Assembly (NCBI RefSeq): GCF_018977255.1
Contig: NW_024704870.1
Span: 62,001 to 126,000 of the forward strand
Direction: 5' to 3'
Source: Callorhinchus milii
Taxonomy: Eukaryota
DNA: 64,000 nt
Shown here: one piece after another, positions 53,467-64,000 of the stretch
How the letters are laid out: the number at the start of each line of letters is the position of its first letter
Position numbering within the stretch: position 1 is the stretch's first letter
Program-made: the position numbers and the translations under genes
The notes under the pieces: model-generated
The model's input: the letters and a program-made list of their open reading frames with translations, nothing else
Told to the model about the DNA's origin: nothing
The model's database searches: none

Positions 53467-54202
53467 GACAACCACCATCGCTATCCCATCTCCAGAGATA
53501 TCGAGCTTTACAGTAATAGTCAGCGCTGTCTTCAACTTGCAAATCATTAATTTCCAGAGAAGAGGACCACGATTCCATGTCTGTCTTCACAACAAACCGT
53601 CCTTCACGAGGGATGGGCTTCCAATCTCTTTCATTTGGAAACCGCCTATAAAACTCCATACTTTGGAATACGCTTTGATAACTTGCTGAGAAGACACAGT
53701 TGATGGTTAAAGACTCGCATTCTTGTCTTCTAACAGGAGACGGTGTCTGCGTTACTTTAGCGCTGAAAACATCTGAAAATTATTCACAATATTACATCAG
53801 TTTAACAGATCTTCAAATTTGACCACTTCTATTGCAAATCCATTGCAAGCATTGGCTTGTTTTCCCTTGATATCAGCAAATATAATATAATCATGATTTT
53901 GTAATATAATTATAATATTAATGAGTACATAACATTGTGATGTATAACGAAATTAAAGCAAAATAATTGAATGCCGCGTTTCGCCCACAAAATACAAAGT
54001 TATTTCAGTACACAAACCATTGTTTGAAGCGACCTGAGACGTCCCATCCACATCTTAACGCTATACATCAATTACACGGATTATTTATATTGTGCAAATA
54101 TAGTATTGATGACATTCACTGCTGCAGTGTAGTGCTGTGTTGTGGAAACAACCACTTACATTGTAAGAAGAGGAAGGAGATGGAGACGCAGAGGAGAGAC
54201 AT
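53467..54202 (-). CDS. NTCRV: NAR-TCR V with long germline CDR3 extension
   Basis: Leader 54160-54202; exon 53467-53772 nearly identical to 36786-37091; heptamer CACAATG 53460-53466, 22-bp spacer. Confidence 0.92.
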
Positions 54203-56843
54203 CCTCTCACCGCTGGGAGTTACCGTCAGCCCCGGACACCTCAGAGTGACTGTGAGTAACACAGGGCTGTTCTGTAAGAGCGTTGGAGACTTGGTTTATT
54301 TGTGATGAACAAAGTCACATCATGGCTGGTGTCAGCGGCTTTGAGGGGTGGGCGGGGGTGGTTTGGGGGTGGAGGGGAAGAATATACATGAGGAAAGGGA
54401 CTGACTCACTGTGCCCGAGAGCAGTGGGCAGAGAGGGCGATTTGGGAATAACTATTCGAGTCTCATTTAGGTTTAAATAGACAATTGACGGGGAAGCCAA
54501 CGAGATGGAGTATAATCTGACACTGTGAGAGGGACAAAGGCTGTTTGGTGTAGAGAGGGCTTTACTGGGAATTGGGAAAGGTACATAAAGAAACTACTCA
54601 CACACCTTTGACTTGAAGTGAGTCCTGTTACAGTGACCAGCAGCTGGATGGGGAAGCCGGTCAAGGCAGCAGGGAGTTAGTGAGACATGGGTGATGATGG
54701 ATGGGAAGGTGTAAGGAGAAACTGGAGTAAAGGAGTATGGCATTCGGTGGTTTTATAATTCATGGGAATAGAAGGGGTGACAAAGGTATAATGGAGGAGG
54801 AAGAGAAGGCAGCGAATATGATGGTCACTTTTCAGCGTATCATGGGAAGAAGTTTTTCACGATTTAACGATATGGTAATGCACTGTATTATATACAAGCA
54901 ATATTATTAATTCCTGACTTGGCCTGTCTGTCTCTATTTCCGTGTGTGTGTGTATCTGTGTGTGTGTGTGTGTGTCTGTCTGTCTGTCTGTCTGTATTTC
55001 TCTCTGCCTGTCTGGCTCTGGCTGTCCGTCTGTGTGATTTTCTCTCTCTCTCTCTCTCTCTCTCTAGCTGCCTTTCTTTGAATCGTTAGTAAAGCTTCCT
55101 TGCTGCACACACACGCCTCTGTTAAATGTTAAGTGCAACCCGCTTGTTTTTCGAATGTTTCACCTCTTTCCAGCGGTAAAAATTCTCTGCCATATAATAA
55201 TAATAATTGAATTATTAATCCATCACTAAATATGGGACGCCGCCTCCTTTAGGTGAAGCGTGCCAATGGTGTGCCGCGTTTCGCTAAAAAACAGTCTCGA
55301 CGCTTTACAGTATATTTGTGAAGTGTTTGGTGGCGTCTCGTTGACGTGATGGGGCGCTGTATAAAATGCAAAGATTGTTAGTTTTGTTTATTCCTTTCAG
55401 AAATATCATTGGTCTTGAGCATTGTGGTGATTTAGCGGTGTGAGGAGGAGCTGATCACTTTTGGAATCAGAAGTTTGGGATTATTTTTTGACTTGAACGA
55501 TGGACTGGGAGAGCAAAGCAGTTTGGGGATGTGTGTGAGGGAGAGGCGGTAGGTTGATCATGTTGGAGTCCACTGTCATCTTATAAGCCTTATAATCCTT
55601 GCATTGTATATGGATCCTTGTCACGACGCAAAGAGATTCAAAAAATATACTGAAGAGTTGATTGATATTATATTTTCTTGGAAAAATAAATCATCCAATT
55701 GTGCACAGCAGTATCCCAAAAACAATCGCAGATTGAGCGATCGAATTAATATTTTACTCATTTATTTATTTCCTTGCTTAAAAAAATTAATGCATGTGTT
55801 TTCTTTTTTAATTAAACATAGTTTTAATTATCTACGAATCGAGTAACAAGTGGGCTCCTACTTATTTTTAGGTAAACAAAGAGACGTGTGAAGTAAGGAC
55901 AATTGCCTACCAATTTTTTCCAACCAGGAATCGAACCGAGCTCCTCTCGCTTGAGACACTATTGCTCTAACCACTAAAGTAAACGACAACACGTTATGTG
56001 CAGTGCTCAGCACAAATAAGGTTTCCTCCTGATGCGAAAACTGCTGCATAAAAATGAGATTTATTGTATTGTTATATGGCGACATCTATTGGCATTTCAG
56101 GAGAATGTCAGGAGTTGAAGTATCAAACCTAAAATCTTGGTTAGCATTACCAGGGTGTGCATTGTGCACTTTACACCATTAATATGAATATTCAGATTAA
56201 AACCCTCCACTTCAACAGCGCCTTCATCAACCTCTACTTAAGATATCTTTGCTCCACGAATTCCCCCCACCATAACAGGACTTATTAAATAGATCAACTG
56301 TCAGACGAACATCTGTGCTGAGATCAAACCTTCTCTCTCCTCTTTAGTGATTTAGTTCCAGTGGTGTAGTCTGTCAATAACACGGAGAAATAATAATAAT
56401 ATTCCTTGCATTTCATACAGCGACTGATCACATTTGCCAGAAGTCTCAAAGCGCTTCCAAGGATACGCTGCAAAATCGAGTGACTGTATATGTTGTGGAT
56501 GAAACGCGGCAGCCAATGGCACTCATCGAAGTCCCTCAAACTGTCGTGGATTGATTGAGTGAACAATTTATTATTATTATTTTTTAAAAGTATCATTACC
56601 CCAGGAAAAGCGATCCGCCAATCGACATGTGTTCTGCCCGATTGGGAATCAAACATAAATCCAGTCGATTGCGAGGCGAGTGCTCTAACATCTAAGCTAC
56701 AGGATTTCAATGGGTTGAAATTGTCTTTGCAAGAACTTTTCGTTTATATGTAAAACAACGAAAGCAGAGTTCTTTGGGGTAACATTGTGCCTGAAGGTTA
56801 GTTGGGTTTGTGTACAGGGAAGTCATTGCCTTGCAGCACTGTG

Positions 56844-57728
56844 CATCTGATCTTAAGCCACAATAGTACGTGGCAGAGTCAGTGACAATGACACTGAGAA
56901 TGATTAATGTGGTTTGTTCCTGATTCTTGTCCAGATGTGAAGTGAAACGGCCTTTGGCGTAATCTGCAGTGTTGTCTACCCCATTGGTATGTCTGTAGAG
57001 AATGTATTGTGGAGCGAGGCCCGGGTGATGTCTGTACCAGTACAGAGCAGCATAGTTCGAGCTGGTGGTATATGAGCAGCTCAGACTCACTGTGTCTCCC
57101 TCTTGTTTGCTCAGCCCCGCTGTCTGCTGTCTGACTGAGTCTCCCAGCACCACATCTGCAACGAGAGGAAAGGACCAACTTAAAACATGGCTCCATATTA
57201 CTCCTGTAGTCCAGTGGACTCGCCTCGAAAGGGATGGGACTCGGGTTTTATTCCCTGGCAGGACAGGGATTAACTTTGGGAAGTTTCCTATCTATACACA
57301 CGCCTCTGTTTACCGAGCAGTAAGTAGGAACCCAGTTGTTAATCGATTGACTAAATAATGTGTGGTCACTCAATCCACGACTGTCTGAGGGGAAAATGTT
57401 GTGCGAATTAAGATGCCACTTTTCGCCCACGAAATCACTATGCAGTCAAGTATATGCTTTCAAGTGGTTCGAGATACCTCCATAAGAGGAAAAGTCGCTA
57501 TATCGAATGCAAGGACTATTACTATTGTTATTATTGTTAATATTATGCTTCCGCAACTAATAATTTGACTAGTAACACACTTTGGGAGACAAAGCCAAGA
57601 ATGCTAAATAGCTTGAGCCTTCCTCCAGATGAGACAGTCTCTGCATAAATATCAATCTGTTTTGTATGTTGCATTGCCTCACCTGACATAAAGCTCAACA
57701 GGAGAAGGTAATCCATGAGCAGTCGCAT
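56844..57728 (-). CDS. Conventional TCR V (family QTAGLSK), apparently functional
   Basis: Leader 57683-57728; exon 56844-57155 (..TYYCGLRSD); RSS 56805-56843. Confidence 0.92.
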
Positions 57729-58851
57729 TGTCGCCATTCAGCAAGAAACCTTTCCCACCAGAGTTTAACGATGGAAAGTGTTTACCAAAGGTGACGAGTT
57801 TCAGCATCACATCCTTGATCCCACAGCAGTGTTTCCTTGACAAGTTTACTTGACCTTGTTGTCAGGCTAATAACTGTGGGCGTTGGGCTACACTCAATGT
57901 ATATGTTCATTGGCTTTATCTCCACCAAGTTGAAGACAATATTGATGTGAATAAAGTTTTGGTGAGGAAGAATCAAAATAATCCTTGCATTATTTAGAGC
58001 TTATTTTTGACAACAATTGCAACAATAAATTACATTACGCAGCGATTTTCACAAATCGCTTTACAATGAAGGCTTTTGCGCTCGATCTGCAGATTAGGAT
58101 GAGAGAGGGGTGGAGAGCATGGAGAGGGGAGGAGGGATAATCGCTTAAGACACGGTTTAAAACGGTTGTCTTGAAATGGAGGCGAGATGACCGAGAAATT
58201 TTATTAGATGCTTTAGATCCACTTCCACCTTTAAATGCTACCAAGGTCACTACCGCCCACCCTCAGCGAATGGTACAAATATTACCCACCCGGACACTGA
58301 CTTCGCTCTGTCAGGATATCGCTGTTGTTTCGAGTCGTTCCGTGGGATCTTTATTATCCAACTGAACATTCAACGTTTGAGTGATCAACATTAATTTGAA
58401 GGGATTATTACATTTGGAAAAGCGACCCGTTGATCGATTTACAATCGGGTCCTTAGTCACTACTCGGTAAACAAAAGCCTCTGTGAGGAGCGATGAAACT
58501 TGCCTATGGTTTCACCAGGCTCGGGATCCAACCCGGGTCCTCTAGTTTGAGAGTCGAGGATTATTCCCACTCCGCCACAGGGCTCCATTCAATTAATAAA
58601 ACAAAAGAAACATGATTTCTTTTATTACAATCCCAAATGAAAGTAAATCAATAGCAGCTGGAGGTCTAATACCTAACTCAAGCATGCATTGTGTTCTGCA
58701 TTTATTGTAACATATAATGGCGTGAAACTTTAGCTGACAATTTGGTGTGAGGTTAATGTGGTTGCCTCTGAGTCTGGCTGCAGGCAGATCATCCTGTGTA
58801 AACAGTGAAGGCAGTTCTTGTACGAGTCTTGCGTTGCAGTCTATCACTGTG

Positions 58852-59840
58852 GTGAGACTTAAGGCACAGTAATACACAGCGCTGTCAGACACCACCAGCT
58901 CAGAGATGGATAAACTGGTGGTAGAATTGGATGTCTGTAGTTGAGCAGTGAAACGGTTTCCAAATCCGTTTCCTTTTTCTTGATTGTCATTCCCAGAATA
59001 TCTCCGAATTATAAACTCCGGCTGTTTGTCTGGGTAATGTCGGTACCAATAGAGAAAGCAATCACTTTCAGTCGTGGAATATGTACATTGTAACATCGCA
59101 ATTTCTCCTTCTTTCTTAATCATATTGGCAGCTTTCTGACTGACGGAATCACCATCACAGAGTTCTGTAATAAACATGGAACAGCACGAACTTATTATTC
59201 ACTCGGTGCCTGAGTTATTTTTTGAGTGCCTTTGAACGTCCTCCCGACGAGAAATGCTCTATGCATAAGTCCTATGTTAACAATGAAATTATACTATTCA
59301 ATGTATTTTATATAAAGCATTATCACATTGTTGGGAGGTCTTGATACGCTTCACAGAATTTGCTGTCGCGTTAAGTGCTGTGTATTTTGGGGGGAGAAAC
59401 CCGATAGCCAATTTCGCGCAGCAGTGCCTAAAATAAAACAGTGCTGGAATGTATTACCAAATAGTTATTTCTTAAAAAAGATTATTTTCCTTGGAACATG
59501 GATCAGACAAACCACTAAACACGTTTTTGAATTGAATTATTATTTGAAAATTTATTACCTCCGGGTTACAAATCAAGGGGGATTCTACTTACTGCTGTTT
59601 AAACAGAGGCATGTGTGTGCTTGAGCAGAGAGGAAACAAGCTTATGTATTCATCCTGCCCGGGAAACGAATCCCTGTCATCTCGCTTGCGAGGCGAGAAC
59701 TCTAACCACTGAACTAAAGGTTTCCCTCCACCAGTTGTTGTTGAAATGCAGTTGACAATCAGCATCGACATGAATTAGCTCAACACGACCTCACCTGACA
59801 TGAAGGTTCCCAGCACAAGACAGACAGCAAACAGCCTCAT
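58852..59840 (-). CDS. Conventional TCR V (family ELCxGD), apparently functional, with an extra Cys in CDR1
   Basis: Leader 59795-59840; exon 58852-59164 (TESDCFLYWYRH..YYCALSL); RSS 58813-58851. Confidence 0.9.
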
Positions 59841-60846
59841 TGCTGCTCTTCAGTGTGTGTGGTTGTGTCTGTGCCATTAGTTTGCTGATAACCCGCAGTG
59901 ATTGTCAGCATTGGCGGCGCCGCAGTCTCACGTCACGTCAATGGCATCTCAGCCGCGTTTCAACACAACAACCAATTGCTTTTATACCGCGGCTTTCACC
60001 AGTTTCCAGGGGAGGGAATCAACTCACTCAGATCCTGGTAATCCTGGAAGCCAAAGCTCCAACGGGATCTATGATAATAACCGTAATATAATAATGGTTT
60101 GCATTAGGCATGAAGTCTTAGCGGGCCTTCGATTCGCCTGAAAACGCTTCACAGCTTACAATGTGAAGTGAATGTATTGTGGCAGCCAAACATGCACAGC
60201 AATGTCCGACCAGCATTCGTGGATTGAGTGACCAATTTATCACCATTATTTTTTTGTAAAAATTATGACCGGCGGAAAAGCAAACAACCACTAAGATTAA
60301 TCCCTCCAAAACCAAAAACAATAATAAATTGGTCATTTTCAAACTACGACTGTTTGTGGGATATTGCTGTGCGCAATTGGCTGCCGCGTTCTTCAGTCAA
60401 TTCACTTTACAGTGTGTTCTGTGAAGCGCTTTGGGACGTCCTCCCGACGTGAAGAGCGCTATATCAAATGCAAGGATTATTATTATTATTATTATTCCTG
60501 CCGACTGCTGGGTAAACAGAGGTTTGTGCCTTAAGAAAATTGGACCAACATTTCGCGCTGCCGGGTATCGAACCCGAGTCATTCGCTTGCGAGACATGTG
60601 CTCTAACCGCGATTATTATAAAAATAGTAAACCATGGGATCATTGAGTTGATCTATGCTTCCTTCTTGGCATCATTGAGTGTTTTGTGTGACAGTCAGAT
60701 GCGCTGTCAATGTGATGTTCTCTTTGTGTTTCTGTCTCTTCGCCCTTCCCACAGGAAATCGCTGCTGCGGCCTCGAGAGACAGAAGAAAAACCCACTAAA
60801 CACTGTCAGTTTTTGTACTAGTCTCTGACTGGTTCCCATCACTGGT

Positions 60847-61616
60847 TGGTTGGAGAGCACAGTAACACACAGCGCTGTCAGAATGCTCCAATAGAGAGAT
60901 GGTTAAACTGGTGAACTTTGACGATGTTTGGAGCTCAACAGAGAATCGCTTTTTAGCAAAGTCTGCTTGATACGTGCAACCACAGGAATGCATTTTAAGC
61001 ACATCATGTTGTTGTGTTTCTTGTTCTCGATACCAGTACAAATAGTAGATGCTCCGATTTGTATTGTAACGACATTCCATGGTCACATTTTCTCCTACTT
61101 TCCGAGGCACTGAAGACAACATCTGTGTTACAGAATCTCCGTGGGTGAGTCCTGGAATACAAGAATTGTGGAGACTTGTAGCTCAGTCATCAGAGCGCTC
61201 GCCTCGTAAGAGTGAGAACATTGCCGGGCAGGTCTTTTTTCACACACTTTTCTTTTAAATTTGCAGTAAGTAGGAACCCGGTTGTTAGTCGATTCGCGGA
61301 TCACTTTTTCGTGGATAATAACCCTTTTCAAAATAATAATCATTTGTTTAATCAATCCCGGACTGTTTTTGGGACAACTCGCAAAAAAGATCGTCATTAC
61401 GCTTTACAATGTTTTCTTCGAACCGCTTAGAGACGCCTCCAAGTCATGTGAAAGCACTATATCATTACTACATGAATAGTACCAGGAAGACCAGTGAGAA
61501 AACTATTCAATAAAACTGATTTTGAAAATTAATTGAAACGCTAGCTATTGTTACAAGAGTTTACCTATCAAATTGGCAGCCAGAGCCAGAAAATCACTGG
61601 CTCCCCACATCCCCAT
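60847..61616 (-). pseudogene. TCR V (family GLTQGD-like): open frame but defective RSS heptamer
   Basis: Leader 61565-61616; exon to 61151; heptamer reads ACCAGTG (60840-60846), losing the essential CAC; VCYC instead of VYYC. Confidence 0.8.
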
Positions 61617-62687
61617 CACTCACTGCACAGCTTTGCCCTTTTGGTTGATAAGTTATTGATACTGATCTGAGACGCAAAGCTCTGAGATGGTTGACGCTTC
61701 ATCGCTATGACCTCATTTTCTAATCAAGTGACGTGGATATTATCTGTTCAATGTGGGAGCGAACTAATGTGTCACGGTTCCTACTCTCAGGGGAGTGGGA
61801 GGGGAGAATGAGTCTCTTTGGAAACATTTCAGTATGGTGGCAGGCTGGGCAGGGATATGTGGAGCAGATTTGCATGTTTCTAGGGTATCAAAGAGTTAGG
61901 AAGGGCAATAATTAGCCAAATTTAAAGGTTATGGTGAGAATCTTGAACTGCCACTCCGCCTCCATCGTCTGAAACTGCATCCCACAGTCCCTCCTCCTCG
62001 TCCCCTCTTTTCTTTCCTTCAAGACATATTTCAGGACCATTCTCTTCGACCTTGCTTTGCTTCACTGTTTCCTCACCTGCTCTCCACGCTCCTCCAAACC
62101 GACCACTAAATGAGATTCGAAATATCGGTTATCCAGCAACTTGGGATGTCCTTCCGAAGTGTAATGCTCTATGTGCATGTAATTTTATTGTTGTTCTTGT
62201 TCGGATATCTCAAACAGCTTCACAGGATATAATTTTGAAGTGTAATGATTGTAATAAGATTTCCAGGATAGCCCCGACGCACAATGAGACTATAACATGC
62301 AGAGATTTATAAGCTACAGTTGGGTACTTGAACTCACCCTGTTTGGGATTGGGAGCCAGTATTTTTCAGTTAGTTCACAATCAATTCAACTTACAGTATG
62401 TATTGTGAAGAGCTTTGAGACGTCTCGAACACGTGATAAGGCGCGATATGCAATGTAAAGATTAATATGATTTACTTTTCTTTCATTCTTTCACTACATG
62501 AATTACTCTATCACTGTTTGCTTGCGGTTTGGAAATCAGTCACTTGTTTCCTCAGAGAGACAGAGCAGCAAAGTCACAACTTGTCAAATAGGTCTACTGT
62601 CATGAATAACATCTGTGCTGGGATGAAACACTTTCTCTCCTCTTAGGAGGTTGATGTACAGCGGTTTAGTCCGACAGTAACACTATG

Positions 62688-62886
62688 TGTGCGACGGCAC
62701 AGTAATATGTGTACGCGTCAGTTAAAGACACGGGGATCGCAGTGACAGTGGATTACAATTTATCCTCTATTTACATTCAAACATTGGTGAAATCAGCAGA
62801 GCAGTTGCAGCTCAGGGTTACAGTCTGGCCTTCGGGAACAGACACTTTCATTTGTGACGGTTCAACGCTAACTCCATTCGCTGTAC
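62688..62886 (-). pseudogene. GDGVSVEPSE-family V with an internal deletion
   Basis: GTANGVSVEPSQMKVSVPEGQTVTLSC, then FR2 and much of FR3 missing; heptamer CATAGTG. Confidence 0.75.
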
Positions 62887-63899
62887 CTACAGCCGAAGAG
62901 AACATATCATTATGTTCCGATATGTTGTGTCCTGACCCAACTGTCCAACGCCTTTGGACGACATCTCGACGTGAAAGGCGCTCTATAAATGGAACCTTAT
63001 TGTTGTTGTTGTTGTACCTGTCACAAAAACGCCATAGGTAAATCCCCAAATTGATTCAAAGGTGCGAGGGAATGACTTACACATTAGGCCCAACAACGGT
63101 TAATTGAACAGCACAAAATGTTTACTCTCCATCTTTTCAAGTGAGCACTTAGATTATTCAATGGGAGTTTTTGAGCTAAGAGTTTCTGTGCTGAATCGTA
63201 CTTGAACACAGCGCCAATGGGAACAGCTATGCTCTAGCAAGTTGCGTTGACAGGACCCCGTCACCGGATTTGGGAACTCTATATTCTGAAATGCGGCACT
63301 AATGCAAGGCTGGGTGTTGACTGTAGTGGGGAGACTTGTAGCTTATTTGTTAGAGCACTGGACTTGCAACCGGGAGACACGGATGGAGTCCTGGCAGAGC
63401 AATTTGTTGGGTAATTACCCTTGTTCCATACACATTATTCCACTTACGCAATAGAAATTTGTAACTCACTTCATGGATGTTTGATGGACCTTACAATTTC
63501 CAAATTCCCGTGAATCACAAAATCATCTCATTTTAGATTATTTCATGTGAAATGCTTTGGGAATGTTGTGACATGTGTTATACCAAATGTAAGTATGACG
63601 TTCTCAGTGTAGAAAACACAAAGAGAATTATTCAATGCACACTGTTCCTGTAGGTGAGCGAGCTTTTAGTGCAAACACAAGCCATAAATAGTCCAACAAA
63701 TGTTTGTTATAATCTGCTGAACATTGGCAAATGTCATCCCGAATCTAAGCAGTAAAAATAAAAGGAAGGATTCAGGCGGGAAATGAAAAATGGGAGAGAA
63801 GGGTAAGGTGGAAAGAAAGAGAGCGAGTGCTCCATAATTACTGGTGTTCAATATATTTTATATTTTATATTCTCTTCATGTAAACTCGATAAGGTTTAA

Positions 63900-64000
63900 G
63901 CTATGGTGGCAGTTGGGACGCAACGAAAAAAGCCAGACACTTTGTTACACTCTCGGTCACGAACAGTGCTGTATTGTTTCCCAGCTTTGGCTGTGATGAG
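63900..64000 (-). other. 3' flank of another supporting V whose RSS begins just beyond the window
   Basis: ccagctttggctgtgatgag immediately abuts the nonamer in all supporting-V copies in the window. Confidence 0.75.

Larger units (their letters stand above)
1..64000 (-). other. TCR alpha/delta V-gene array with tandem NAR-TCR cassettes (cartilaginous fish)
   Basis: More than 25 Ig-V exons, most followed by CACAGTG-22/23-ACAAAAACC-like RSS and many with phase-1 leader exons; all on the minus strand; no C exon or TCR J array in the window. Confidence 0.95.

Noticed and set aside
1-64000. IgH-like V segments, TCR D/J arrays or constant exons
   Set aside because: None recognised; all V segments fall into the NAR, supporting or four TCR-type families

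Overview
Vertebrate genomic DNA: part of the V-segment array of a cartilaginous-fish T-cell receptor alpha/delta locus. All segments are on the minus strand, so D-J-C should lie to the left of the window. An 11-17 kb unit is repeated about five times. In transcription order it contains: leader + IgNAR-like V (22-bp RSS), D (12/12 RSS), NAR-type J (23 RSS, DGSG motif), an intron, a leaderless supporting TCR-delta V with a CDR1 Cys (23 RSS), and then 2-4 conventional or decayed TCR V segments. This is the doubly rearranging NAR-TCR architecture known from sharks. Three cassettes are complete (about 19.4-23.1, 33.3-37.5 and 49.9-54.2 kb). One has lost its V and D (8.3-10.9 kb), and two are cut by the window edges. 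About 7 conventional V genes look intact or nearly so, and about 10 are pseudogenes or relics. The spacers hold tRNA-derived SINEs, L2 and CR1 LINE fragments, microsatellites, a G-rich minisatellite and three N gaps. The compact spacing would fit a holocephalan such as Callorhinchus milii, but that is inference only. Coordinates were counted by hand, and some 1-nt frameshifts may be assembly errors.
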